Source: an uncultured bacterium (GTDB lineage: Bacteria > Muiribacteriota > Ozemobacteria > Ozemobacterales > Ozemobacteraceae). Taken from it: a stretch of DNA of 64,000 nucleotides. Position numbers and translations under genes: made by a program. The first letter of the stretch is position 1. Every line of letters starts with the position of its first letter. A model generated the notes under the pieces. That model had not been told where the DNA came from. It saw only the letters and a list, made by a program, of their open reading frames with translations, and made no database searches. Of the stretch, positions 26,876-36,416 are shown one piece after another. The DNA lies in NCBI GenBank assembly GCA_964474705.1, contig CAYYUI010000007.1, forward strand, positions 15,061 to 79,060. Direction: 5' to 3'.

Positions 26876-27320
26876 TTTCAGTCTCTCCGGGGGCTTTTCT
26901 CTGCCGGTTGCCAAACTCATCGAGTCGTTTCTGTTCTTTTATCAGCAATTCCTTTTTGTAATGGGCTTCATCATTTTCCCGCATCTTTTCAAAGGTTTTG
27001 CGGCTGCGCTGTTTTTCGAGAAGCTCTTCGACAATTTTCTGTCGCTGTTTTTCAAGACGCTCCAGCTCTTCTTCCTGGTATTCCCATGAGCGCTGCAGTG
27101 ATTTCAGATAAGGGGGATACATCTGAACCTTGGCGATCTCCCCGGCTTGAAGATCCCGCGACTGCTGTTCAAGTGCTTCGTCATATTCAAGTCGGTATTT
27201 TTTTATCAGCATGTGCGCCTCTGCAATCTGACCGTCTTTTTTTGCCAGTCGGTTTTTGACTTCGTTTTCTTCATGAATGCTGATTTGCAGGAGCTGCTGC
27301 AGTCTGAATACAAATGCCAT
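26868..27320 (-). CDS. fliJ: Flagellar export protein FliJ.
   Basis: Coiled-coil protein of 150 aa immediately downstream of fliI, with a typical FliJ heptad pattern. Confidence 0.75.
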   Translation of the reverse strand: MAFVFRLQQLLQISIHEENEVKNRLAKKDGQIAEAHMLIKKYRLEYDEALEQQSRDLQAGEIAKVQMYPPYLKSLQRSWEYQEEELERLEKQRQKIVEELLEKQRSRKTFEKMRENDEAHYKKELLIKEQKRLDEFGNRQRKAPGETENA

Positions 27321-27322
27321 GA

Positions 27323-28633
27323 TCAGCTGCTCACTATTTTGCCAAGCTCGGCGATGCTGGCTTCATAACTGATGGCTTCTTTGATGCCCTGCTTGATAAA
27401 ATTCTCGATCATCGAGTGCTTTTTGATTGCTTCGTCAATTTTGGGGTCTGAACCTGCTTTGTAAGCGCCGAGGCTGATGGCATCGGCATTTTTGGTGAAA
27501 GTGGCATAAATGTTTCTGAGCTTGCCGGCCAGTTCAAAATGGCTTTTTTCAGTGATTTCCGGCATCAGACGTGAAATGCTTGCAAGTATGTCTACGGCCG
27601 GATAGACATTCTGGTGGGCAAGGTCACGGCTTAGAACCAGATGTCCGTCAAGAATACCTCTGACCGCATCGGCAACCGGCTCATCCATGTCGCCGCCTTC
27701 TACCAGCACAGTGTAAATGCCGGTAATTGAACCTTTACGGCCGGTGCCAGCTCTTTCAAGAAGCTTCGGCAGCAGCGAAAATACCGAAGGCGTATAACCA
27801 CGGGTCGTCGGTGGCTCGCCTACAGCCAGGCCAATTTCACGTTGTGCGAGTGCAAACCTGGTAACTGAATCCATCATCAGCATGACGTTTTTGTCTTTAT
27901 CACGAAAATACTCGGCAATGGCGGTGGCGGTAAATGCGGCCTTGACTCTCACGAGAGCAGGCTGCTCAGAGGTTGCTACAACAATAATGGAACGTCGGAT
28001 ACCTTCGGGCCCCAGGTCTTTTTCGAGAAACTCGCGAACTTCGCGGTTTCGTTCGCCGACCAGAGCGATAACGTTGATATCGGCCTGGGAAGATCGACAT
28101 ATCATACCCATCAGCGTACTTTTTCCAACGCCTGAACCGGCAAAAATACCCATGCGTTGCCCGCCGCCTATGGTCAGAAGACCGTCCAGAACCTTGACTC
28201 CAGTTGGCAATGGCTTTTGAATGCGCTTGCGGGTAAGCGGGTTTGGCGGTTCACGGTTGATCGGAACCCTGGTGACGCTTGCCGGTATTTCGCCGCGGTC
28301 GTCGATAGGTTTGCCGAGGCCGTCGAGAATTCGGCTCAGCAGTTCTTCACCGGCTGGAGCCGTCAGCGGCATGCCGGTCGGGATGACTTCGGCACCCTGG
28401 CGAATGCCTTCGGTATGCACCAGCGGCATCAGCAGCACGCAGCCTCGTCTAAAACCTACAATTTCACAGGGCAGGGGGCCCTGGGGGGTTATGATATGGC
28501 AGACATCACCCACCGGGTTCTGCGGGCCTGTTGCTTCGATAAGCAGACCGACGACCTGGGTGACCCGGCCGTTAACCCTTATCGGATCAGTGTTTGAAAG
28601 CACCGATGTGTATTCCGAAAATGGAAAGTTCAT
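27323..28633 (-). CDS. fliI: Flagellum-specific ATP synthase FliI.
   Basis: Walker A GIFAGSGVGKSTLMGMI. T3SS ATPase family, in flagellar context. Confidence 0.9.
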   Translation of the reverse strand: MNFPFSEYTSVLSNTDPIRVNGRVTQVVGLLIEATGPQNPVGDVCHIITPQGPLPCEIVGFRRGCVLLMPLVHTEGIRQGAEVIPTGMPLTAPAGEELLSRILDGLGKPIDDRGEIPASVTRVPINREPPNPLTRKRIQKPLPTGVKVLDGLLTIGGGQRMGIFAGSGVGKSTLMGMICRSSQADINVIALVGERNREVREFLEKDLGPEGIRRSIIVVATSEQPALVRVKAAFTATAIAEYFRDKDKNVMLMMDSVTRFALAQREIGLAVGEPPTTRGYTPSVFSLLPKLLERAGTGRKGSITGIYTVLVEGGDMDEPVADAVRGILDGHLVLSRDLAHQNVYPAVDILASISRLMPEITEKSHFELAGKLRNIYATFTKNADAISLGAYKAGSDPKIDEAIKKHSMIENFIKQGIKEAISYEASIAELGKIVSS

Positions 28634-29752
28634 TTACAGACCAGCCTGTGATTTTCTGAATTTTTCAAGCAGCGCTTTTTCGAGTTCACGCGCCTGGCTT
28701 TCAATGGTTGCGTCGATGGTTCCGACGCCGGTTTCGATCTTGATACCACCCGGTGACAGGGTGCTGTCTTCAACGATTCGCAGTTCGGTAACAGAACCAA
28801 GGCGGGCAAGAAACTGGTCTTTATGTGCCTGACACATGCTTTTGTCGCGCAGGTTGATGCGCATGACGATCTTATCGACTTCTGCAACGCGGTTAAGTGC
28901 CTGATCGATGTTGTTGAGAATGATTTCCGGCTGGGCAACCGGTTCAACCTTGATGACTGATTTGGCGAATTCAATCACCAGTTTCAGCATTTCTTCTTCT
29001 GAAGCTTTGAGAATGCCCATGCGGCTGGTCTGCAGTTCATTGACCAGAGCTTCCGATTCGAGCATGAGATTTTTCCAGTCAAGCTCGATTTCATGCAGTC
29101 CTTCAGCTTCTCCGGCAGATCTGCCTTTGTCTTCTCCGGCTGTATAACCTTCTTTGTAAGCCTTTTCACGCAAAGAATCTACCTCGAGTCTGGCTGCTTT
29201 CTTGATTGCTTCTGCTTCAGCTTTTGCGGCATCTGAGATCGAAGCAGCTGCTTCCTTGGCCATTTTCAGAGTCTTGGCAGCCTCAGCTTCAACCTCCTGA
29301 CGCCGTTTGATCATTGCCTGGCTCAATTCCTGTTCTTTCGCAGTTTGTTCGCGCTCTTTCTGCTGCAACGAAGCCTCCCAGCCTTTCAGCTCGTCTTCAA
29401 GCGCTTCGAGCTCGAGCTCCTTGACCTTGATTGCTTCGAGAACTGCTGCATGTCTTGATTTTCTGGCCGCCTGCGACAGGAATGATTCCGGCCTGGCCGG
29501 CTGAGCAAGTTTGGGAACTTCTTCCCCGGTTTCGTCTTCTTCCTGTTCTGGTTCGGGCTTGGCCTTGGTGGTTATCTTTTCTCCGCTTCCGGCAAGATGC
29601 TCGGGCGACAGGGCACGAAATGCCTCTTCGGCAAAGGCATCTTCTGCTGGATCTATAGGCGGTTCAGGTTTTACTATCTTCTGATGATGTTGAACGAAGA
29701 CAGGCTTATCAGAATTGATCTTGATCTGACTCGCCTTGAAAATTTTTGCCAT
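28634..29752 (-). CDS. fliH: Flagellar assembly protein FliH, with a long charged/coiled-coil N-terminal extension.
   Basis: Position between fliG and fliI. The C-terminus carries a FliH-like region. The N-terminal half is E/A/K-rich. Confidence 0.65.
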   Translation of the reverse strand: MAKIFKASQIKINSDKPVFVQHHQKIVKPEPPIDPAEDAFAEEAFRALSPEHLAGSGEKITTKAKPEPEQEEDETGEEVPKLAQPARPESFLSQAARKSRHAAVLEAIKVKELELEALEDELKGWEASLQQKEREQTAKEQELSQAMIKRRQEVEAEAAKTLKMAKEAAASISDAAKAEAEAIKKAARLEVDSLREKAYKEGYTAGEDKGRSAGEAEGLHEIELDWKNLMLESEALVNELQTSRMGILKASEEEMLKLVIEFAKSVIKVEPVAQPEIILNNIDQALNRVAEVDKIVMRINLRDKSMCQAHKDQFLARLGSVTELRIVEDSTLSPGGIKIETGVGTIDATIESQARELEKALLEKFRKSQAGL

Positions 29753-29762
29753 TCAGGTTTCC

Positions 29763-30209
29763 TCAGCTTATCATGCCGTCATTTGGCCGGTTGATGAAGA
29801 GTTCTTTACTGTTTATCAGTTCTGAAACGACGTTCATGATGCGTTCGCGGGCTGCTTCTACATCTGATTCGCGTGCCGGGCCGATCAGAGTGATTTCACT
29901 CTTGAGATCACTCAATCCTCGCTGCGACATATTGTTGGCAAGGTTCTTGAGAACCGCCGGCGGAGCACCCTTGAGAGAAACAGCCAGGTCTCTGGGTCTG
30001 ATAATCTTGAGAAGGCGCTGAACCCCACGCGGATCGGCGAAGGCAAGATCTTCGAACATCAGTATCTTTTTGCGCAGCTCGAGAACGACCTGAGGTATGT
30101 CTTTGGCTAACCCGGCCATAATGTTGCGATTGGTTTTAGCATCGCAGTGCCGCATGATATTTGCAAGTATTTCCAGGCCAGTGCTGGCCCCAAGTTGAGT
30201 CTTAGCCAA
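29763..30209 (-). CDS. Stand-alone FliG C-terminal (torque-helix) domain protein of 148 aa. TTG start with an AGGAGG RBS; the start overlaps the fliG stop.
   Basis: Paralogous to the C-domain of the adjacent FliG. Compare LMFEDLAFADPRGVQRLLKIIRPRDLAVSLKGAPPAVLKNLANNMSQRGLSDLKSE with FVFEDVVLIDDRSLQRLFKEIDMKDLSVALKGVTDEVKEKFYKNMSKRAAEMLKEE. Confidence 0.7.
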   Translation of the reverse strand: MAKTQLGASTGLEILANIMRHCDAKTNRNIMAGLAKDIPQVVLELRKKILMFEDLAFADPRGVQRLLKIIRPRDLAVSLKGAPPAVLKNLANNMSQRGLSDLKSEITLIGPARESDVEAARERIMNVVSELINSKELFINRPNDGMIS

Positions 30210-31251
30210 TCAGTTCCTCCTCGCCCGGGCGTGAAATTACGATTTCGCCCCTTGCTTCCAGTTTCTTGACTACGGCGACGATACGCTGTTGTGCCTGATC
30301 TACGTCGCGCATACGAACCGGACCCATGTATGCCATTTCTTCTTTGAGCATTTCGGCGGCGCGTTTCGACATGTTCTTGTAGAACTTTTCCTTGACTTCG
30401 TCGGTTACGCCCTTGAGTGCGACCGAGAGATCCTTCATGTCGATTTCTTTGAACAGGCGCTGCAGACTGCGGTCGTCGATAAGAACCACATCTTCGAAAA
30501 CGAACAGGCGTTTCTTGACTTCTTCGGCAAGGCTCGGTTCCTGAACTTCCATGGTTTCGATGATGTTCTTTTCAGTGGCACGTTCAACTGCATTCAAGAC
30601 ACCGATAAGGGAATCGATACCGCCGACACTTGTGAAATCCTGGCCGATGATCGAAGACAGGCGCTCTTCGAGATAATTTTCGACTTCGCGGGTGATTTCC
30701 GGGCTGGTTCTGTCCATCAAGGCCAGACGCTTGGCAATTTCAACCTGAGTGTCAGGAGTCATCGACTGAAGAATGACTGCCGACTTTTCAGGTTGCAGAT
30801 AGGCAAGAATCAACGCTACTGTCTGCGGGTGCTCATTCTGAATCAGAGTTGCCAGCTGGGTCGGGTCGGCAGTACGGGCAGCTTCGAAGGGCTGAACCTG
30901 CAGAGAAGTGCCCATCTTTGCGAGAATCTCGAGAGCCCGGCCCGGGCCGATGGTTTTTTCGAGGAGATGCTTGGCATATTCAAGGCCACCTTCAGAAAAG
31001 AACTTCCTTGCCATCATCAGCTGCTCGAATTCAAACAGCACCGAAAGCTTTTCTTCGGTAGTCACTTTTCGGGCTTTTGCAATTTCGATGGTCAGAACTT
31101 CTATTTCCGAGTCGGTCAAGGACTGAAGAATGTAACCGCTGGTTTCCGGCCCGAGAAAGATCAGCAGAATGGCTGCTTTGGCCCGACCGGGTATGTCGAG
31201 AATCGGTAAATCTTCAGGCTTGATAGTTATGGGAATCTTGTCGGCTGCCAA
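30202..31251 (-). CDS. fliG: Flagellar motor switch protein FliG (full length: N, M and C domains).
   Basis: 349 aa. The C-terminal MotA-interaction helix region is conserved. Located downstream of fliF. Confidence 0.9.
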   Translation of the reverse strand: MAADKIPITIKPEDLPILDIPGRAKAAILLIFLGPETSGYILQSLTDSEIEVLTIEIAKARKVTTEEKLSVLFEFEQLMMARKFFSEGGLEYAKHLLEKTIGPGRALEILAKMGTSLQVQPFEAARTADPTQLATLIQNEHPQTVALILAYLQPEKSAVILQSMTPDTQVEIAKRLALMDRTSPEITREVENYLEERLSSIIGQDFTSVGGIDSLIGVLNAVERATEKNIIETMEVQEPSLAEEVKKRLFVFEDVVLIDDRSLQRLFKEIDMKDLSVALKGVTDEVKEKFYKNMSKRAAEMLKEEMAYMGPVRMRDVDQAQQRIVAVVKKLEARGEIVISRPGEEELIG

Positions 31252-31269
31252 GGTAGCTGTTCTCCTTCG

Positions 31270-33168
31270 TTACTTCGTTAACCACAGGCGAACAACCTGT
31301 ACGGCATCATCAGGCTTGGTTTCAATGAGGGTTCTAACACGTTCTTCGAGGAATTCGCGGGCGTTGGCCTGCTGATTGAGCCTGGCCAGTTCTTCTTCGC
31401 GCTCGCGGTCACGCTCGGCAATAATGGACGAGAGTCGATCGAGACCTTCAGTGAGAGTGCCGTCAGCCTTTTTCTGAAAGGCTTCACGGTAAATAAACTG
31501 CTCTTCAGGGGTCATTTCTTCAAAATCAGGTGGCAGAGCATCATTTTCAGAGGCAAATTGATAAGCGGCCAGGCGCAGATCCTGAACTTTGCGTTTCTTT
31601 TCTTCGACATCGGTGAGTTCCGGGAAGAAATTTTTGACATCCTTGAAACGGCGTTCCCAGTCTTTCCATTGCTGTTCGTTCTGCTGGAAAAGCTGCTGCT
31701 CGCGTCTCTGGCGCAGCGCTTCGGCTTCGGAGGCCGCTTCCTGCAGACGTTGCTGCTCTCTGGCCAGAGCTCTGGCTCTCGATACTCTGACAAAAATATA
31801 GATCACACCCAGGAAAACCGGGAATGACATGAGGAGGCCAACAACGATCATGAACATCTGTTTCTCCTGCTCTTTCTTCAGGGCAATTGCGGCTTTGGCT
31901 GCCTCTGCGTCGTCGTTCTTGAATGGCATTACCATCAGCGAAATCTTGTCGCCCCGACCCTTGTCAAACCCAACTGTCTGTTTGGCAATTTCGGTGATCT
32001 GATCGGTCAGGGTGTTCAGGCGTTCGGGGTCGTCGTTCAATACTACAGAAACGGTCAGACGCCTGATCGTGCCCTGTTCCTTGACGAACTTTTCTTTCGA
32101 TCTGGTGACTTCATAATTGCGGATCGTGCCGTCGCGTTCATATTTGTTGATCGTGGTATTCTCGGTGCCCGGGTAGCTGGGAGCACCAGGAGGCAAATTT
32201 GAATTGACGCCGGGCTCACCATCTTCTACAAGATCGCGGCCTTCGTATTTTTCGTTCTCAAGCTTCTCGGAAAGAATGATGCCGGTGTTCGAACCTTCAA
32301 CTGGCGGAATGACCACGTCACTGACCGCTTCCTTCTGGTCGAAATCCATGTCGAGGCGAACGCTTACCAGAGCGCGGCCGTAACCGAACATGCCCTCGAA
32401 AATCTGGGTCAATTCGGTGCGCAGATGCTTTTCGCGGTCGCGGGTGATTTTAAGCTGTGTGGTCTGTGACTTGTCAAGGGTCATCAGTTCCTCGTCTTCA
32501 ATGACCCTGGTCAGATCCCGGGCTTCGGTGTCGGCAATACGCACTTTGTCCGGCTGAAGACCTTCGACTGCCGAGCATACCCAGTCTCTGATCGCACGAA
32601 TCTGTTCCTGGTTAATTTCAGCTCCTGGCTTCAGTTGAAGCAGAATGGCGGCTGAAGGCTCTTTTTGATCTTCCTTGAATACTTCTTTTTTGGGCTTGGT
32701 TATACTGACGTTCGCTTCTTCAATTGGCTCCATGCGCTTGAGTGTGGTTTCAAGTTCGTTCTGCAGACCTCGAACATAATTCAGGTCGAATTCCTGCTGC
32801 GTCGTCCCGACAAAAATGGAACGTTCGTCGATGAGCTTCTGCCAGCCCGGTTTTGCCTGTGGCAGAGACTTTTCCTGGGCCAGCTGCAGCAGAATGTATG
32901 ATTTGTCGGTAAGGGGCACAAGAATGTCGGTAGAATCTTTGCCCAGTTTGTAATCTACGCTGAGCTCAGTAAGTTTGGCAGTGATTTTTCCAGCATCTTC
33001 AATTTTCAGCTGTTCTTCGAACAGGGCAATGTATTCTTTTTGTGTGCCCCACATCGATACGCTTATGACCCCAACCGTAATCAGAATTACAAAAGCCGCC
33101 AGACCTATCTGCTGGGCACGGGGTAATTTGGCGATTGGTTCCCATAACTGCCGAAGAAATTCTGTCAT
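31270..33168 (-). CDS. fliF: Flagellar MS-ring protein FliF, with an extended charged C-terminal region.
   Basis: N-terminal TM IGLAAFVILITVGVISVSMWG and a second TM near the C-terminus. Typical FliF domain order. Length 632 aa. Confidence 0.9.
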   Translation of the reverse strand: MTEFLRQLWEPIAKLPRAQQIGLAAFVILITVGVISVSMWGTQKEYIALFEEQLKIEDAGKITAKLTELSVDYKLGKDSTDILVPLTDKSYILLQLAQEKSLPQAKPGWQKLIDERSIFVGTTQQEFDLNYVRGLQNELETTLKRMEPIEEANVSITKPKKEVFKEDQKEPSAAILLQLKPGAEINQEQIRAIRDWVCSAVEGLQPDKVRIADTEARDLTRVIEDEELMTLDKSQTTQLKITRDREKHLRTELTQIFEGMFGYGRALVSVRLDMDFDQKEAVSDVVIPPVEGSNTGIILSEKLENEKYEGRDLVEDGEPGVNSNLPPGAPSYPGTENTTINKYERDGTIRNYEVTRSKEKFVKEQGTIRRLTVSVVLNDDPERLNTLTDQITEIAKQTVGFDKGRGDKISLMVMPFKNDDAEAAKAAIALKKEQEKQMFMIVVGLLMSFPVFLGVIYIFVRVSRARALAREQQRLQEAASEAEALRQRREQQLFQQNEQQWKDWERRFKDVKNFFPELTDVEEKKRKVQDLRLAAYQFASENDALPPDFEEMTPEEQFIYREAFQKKADGTLTEGLDRLSSIIAERDREREEELARLNQQANAREFLEERVRTLIETKPDDAVQVVRLWLTK

Positions 33169-33265
33169 TGCCTGCTACTCCCTACTCTGTCGTGCACTTC
33201 ATTCTTTTTGGCGCGGTTGGATATTTATTTATAGTACGGCCGCGCTAATCTGTAAAGACTAAAAA

Positions 33266-33565
33266 TTAAAAATTCATTCTCATTATTTCCTTGTAGGCTT
33301 CAATCGCTTTACCCCTGACTTCAAGGGTAAGATTCATTGCTGTTTTTGCCTTTTCTGCTGCGATCATCACGTCATGCAGATTTTCGACCCGGCCAAGAAC
33401 CGCGTCCTGAGTCAGTTTTTCCGATTCTTTGCCAAGCTGGTCTACTTCGCTGATCGCTGTCTGCAACTGGTTAAGAAAAGAATTCCATTGTTCCTTGGCA
33501 TTGGTCTGTGGACGTTCAGGTTTTGATCTGACGCCGTGCAACGGGTGGTTAGTATCTATTTTCAT
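33266..33565 (-). CDS. fliE: Flagellar hook-basal body protein FliE.
   Basis: 99 aa. C-terminal ...AYKEIMRMNF is the FliE signature. Confidence 0.85.
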   Translation of the reverse strand: MKIDTNHPLHGVRSKPERPQTNAKEQWNSFLNQLQTAISEVDQLGKESEKLTQDAVLGRVENLHDVMIAAEKAKTAMNLTLEVRGKAIEAYKEIMRMNF

Positions 33566-33568
33566 TCA

Positions 33569-34012
33569 TTAACCTCGCGAACTGATGTTCAGGGCTGAAT
33601 TGGTCATGTCTTTGGCCGAATTGATGCAGGTAACGTTCGCTTCGTAGGCACGGGTTGCCGTTATCATGTCCACCATTTCGTGCACAATGTTGATGTTGGG
33701 CCGTCTGACATAACCTTCCGAGTCGGCATCCGGGTGATTGGGTTCGTATTCCATTTTGAATGGAGTCATGTCTTCCATGATCGCTGTAACCCTGACCCCT
33801 TTGCCGGGTTCCTGAGGATTGATGCGATCGAGATATGGGCGCTGGCCATAGGCATGGCGGGCCTGAAAAATTGCCATCTTTCTTCTGAATGGCTCACCAT
33901 CTTCAGTTCGGGTAGTGTTGACGTTGGCAATGTTGTTGGATATGACGTCCATGCGCAGGCGTTCTGCTGTCAGACCTGAAGCTGAAATATCAATGCCTCT
34001 GAAGATACCCAT
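33569..34012 (-). CDS. flgC: Flagellar basal-body rod protein FlgC.
   Basis: N-terminal GLTAERLRMDVISNNIANVNTT rod-protein motif. Length 147 aa. Confidence 0.9.
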   Translation of the reverse strand: MGIFRGIDISASGLTAERLRMDVISNNIANVNTTRTEDGEPFRRKMAIFQARHAYGQRPYLDRINPQEPGKGVRVTAIMEDMTPFKMEYEPNHPDADSEGYVRRPNINIVHEMVDMITATRAYEANVTCINSAKDMTNSALNISSRG

Positions 34013-34434
34013 CAGGATTTACCTCCTCGTGAAATCACGTCATTGAGCTGGGCAAACATCGAAGCCAGGCGTGTTGAGTGAATCTGGTAGGTCATGGTGT
34101 TTTTCGCCAGATCGCTCATTTCAACGTCGATGTCGACATTGTTCTTGTCGTTGCGCATTACATGAATTCTATCTTTGATGGTAACCGGGTCGACATCCAT
34201 ATAGTTGCACTCCCCGATCGGAATATGCCGGTCATCTTCGCGGCGTCCGACGATGTCGACCTTGCCGTCGAAAACCTTTGCCATCTGATCTTCAAAAGTA
34301 ACGATCTGGCGTTTGAAAAGAGGAGTGTTGACGTTGGCGATATTGTTGGAAATAACCGCATGTCGTTTTGACGAAACATCCAACCCCTTGCCGAGAAGAT
34401 TAAAGGTTGCGGTGCCGGTCAGTCGTTCAAACAT
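34012..34434 (-). CDS. flgB: Flagellar basal-body rod protein FlgB.
   Basis: Motif HAVISNNIANVNTPLFKR. Length 140 aa. First gene of the rod/MS-ring block. Confidence 0.9.
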   Translation of the reverse strand: MFERLTGTATFNLLGKGLDVSSKRHAVISNNIANVNTPLFKRQIVTFEDQMAKVFDGKVDIVGRREDDRHIPIGECNYMDVDPVTIKDRIHVMRNDKNNVDIDVEMSDLAKNTMTYQIHSTRLASMFAQLNDVISRGGKS

Positions 34435-34461
34435 CAGGATTTCCCCCTTCAGGCTTCAATT

Positions 34462-35883
34462 TCAGAGAATAAATCTTGCCAGGTCACGGTCTTTCATCAA
34501 CGGAGCGATTACGCGGTCCACTGTTTCACGTGAAATTTCATACCGACCACTCAGGCTCTGAGGAGCAGAAAATGAGGCTTCGTCCATCAGTTGTTCCATT
34601 ATGGTGTGCAACCTTCTCGCGCCAATATTTTCGTGCATTTCATTAGCTTCGCAGGCGTAGTGGGCAATACGCTCGATGGCTTCGTCGGTGAATATTACGT
34701 CGAGGTTGTCAATCGCGAGCATTGCCTGATACTGCCTGACCAGCGAATTTTTGGGTTCGGTCAGGATACGTTTGAAATCATCACTGCTGAGCTTGTCAAA
34801 TTCAACGCGCACCGGAAATCTGCCCTGAAGCTCCGGAATCAGGTCGGAAGGTTTGCTGACGTTAAAAGCGCCGGCCGCAAAGAACAGAATGTGGTCGGTT
34901 TTGATCATGCCATACTTTGTCATGACGCTGGTGCCTTCCACGAGAGGAAGAAGATCGCGCTGCACTCCTTCGCGGGATACGTCCGGGCCGGTTTTGCTGA
35001 CGAAAGAAGAGGCGACTTTGTCGATTTCGTCGATAAAGATGACGCCGCTTTCCTGGGCCAGTGTCAAAGCTTCCTTCTGCAGATCTTCATGTTCCATGAG
35101 CTGGTTCATCGCTTCCGTGAAAAATATTTCGCGGGCCTGGGCTACAGTCACGCGTTTGCGGCGGCTGCGACCTGGCAGGATATTGCCAATCATGCTTTGA
35201 ATACTCTGCATGTTGATTCCCATTTCCTCAAAACCGCCCTGGGAGGAGAAAACTTCAACTACCGGAGTCTGCTGTTCGTTCACTTCGATTTCTACCTCCT
35301 TTTCATTGAGTCGGCCTGATTTGAGTTCTTCAGAAATTCTTTCCCTGGCTGATACGTTTGCATCAGTCTCTTCAATACCTATCGACAGTTTGCCAGGTTT
35401 TTCTGAGTGATTTTCGAAGCCACTGAGAGGATGGCTTCTTCGGCTCTCCGGCAGCAGGATGTCGAGAAGCTTTTCCTGTGATTTCTCGCGGGCCTTCGGT
35501 TCCAGCTCGGCCAGTTTCTGTGATCTGAGAAGATTCATGCTGACTTCGACAAGGTCGCGCACCATCGAATCTACGTCACGGCCGACATAACCGACTTCGG
35601 TGAACTTGGTCGCCTCAACCTTGACGAACGGAATGCCGGCAATTCCTGCTATTCTTCTGGCGATTTCTGTTTTGCCTACTCCGGTAGGTCCAATCAGGAG
35701 AAGATTTTTCGGTCTGATATCTTCGCGCATCGAATCATGCAGTTGTCTTCGTCTGAAGCGGTTGCGCAAGGCAATTGCAACCGCCCGCTTCGCTTTGTGT
35801 TGACCGACTACGTATCTGTCAAGCTCGGCAACTGTTTCCTGGGGGGTAAGTTCAGCGCCTGGAAGTATGATAACTTTTTTCAT
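34462..35883 (-). CDS. hslU: ATP-dependent protease ATPase subunit HslU.
   Basis: N-terminal LTPQETVAELDRYVVGQHKAKRAVAIALRNRFRR and Walker A GPTGVGKTEIARRIA are canonical HslU. Confidence 0.95.
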   Translation of the reverse strand: MKKVIILPGAELTPQETVAELDRYVVGQHKAKRAVAIALRNRFRRRQLHDSMREDIRPKNLLLIGPTGVGKTEIARRIAGIAGIPFVKVEATKFTEVGYVGRDVDSMVRDLVEVSMNLLRSQKLAELEPKAREKSQEKLLDILLPESRRSHPLSGFENHSEKPGKLSIGIEETDANVSARERISEELKSGRLNEKEVEIEVNEQQTPVVEVFSSQGGFEEMGINMQSIQSMIGNILPGRSRRKRVTVAQAREIFFTEAMNQLMEHEDLQKEALTLAQESGVIFIDEIDKVASSFVSKTGPDVSREGVQRDLLPLVEGTSVMTKYGMIKTDHILFFAAGAFNVSKPSDLIPELQGRFPVRVEFDKLSSDDFKRILTEPKNSLVRQYQAMLAIDNLDVIFTDEAIERIAHYACEANEMHENIGARRLHTIMEQLMDEASFSAPQSLSGRYEISRETVDRVIAPLMKDRDLARFIL

Positions 35884-36416
35884 GCCGGTAAAACCTCGAC
35901 GACTATCTGATCATTTGTGTAAATGCATTGCTCAGACGCAATGAGAAGGGCATTTTTTACGATGTCGGCAGCCGGCAGACTGGTATGGCGCATTAGTGCC
36001 CGGGCGGCGGCAAGTGCTGCCGGTGCACCTGATCCGATGGCTGCTATTGGTTCATCTGGTTCAAGAACGTCGCCCTGGCCGGAAAGAATGAGGATCTTGT
36101 CGATATTGCCGACCAGCAGCATTGCCTGCAGTTGCCTGAGAGCTTTATCCATTCGCCATTCGCGAGCCAGTTCGACTGCTGCCTTGGTCATGTTGCCCGA
36201 CATAGAATCAAGTCTGGTTTCAAAACGCTCGAACAGAGTGAAGGCATCGGCAGTGGCCCCTGCAAAACCACCAATGATCGGGTATGCTGAAATCCGTCTG
36301 ATTTTCTGGGCGCGGGCCTTTACGATCTGCTCGCCGAGTGTGACCTGACCATCGCCGCCAAAGGCGAGTTTGCCGTCTCTTATAACTGCGAGAATGGTCG
36401 TGCCTCGATAAGTCAT
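35880..36416 (-). CDS. hslV: ATP-dependent protease subunit HslV.
   Basis: N-terminal Thr nucleophile (TTILAVIRDG...) and the GFAGATADAFTLFE motif. Confidence 0.95.
   Translation of the reverse strand: MTYRGTTILAVIRDGKLAFGGDGQVTLGEQIVKARAQKIRRISAYPIIGGFAGATADAFTLFERFETRLDSMSGNMTKAAVELAREWRMDKALRQLQAMLLVGNIDKILILSGQGDVLEPDEPIAAIGSGAPAALAAARALMRHTSLPAADIVKNALLIASEQCIYTNDQIVVEVLPA

Noticed and set aside
26237-27259. 340-aa plus-strand ORF, also 26592-27089, 27882-28832 and 30289-31209, antisense to fliJ/fliI/fliH/fliG and the SLT gene
   Set aside because: These are opposite-strand shadows of well-supported flagellar genes, with no domain signal.
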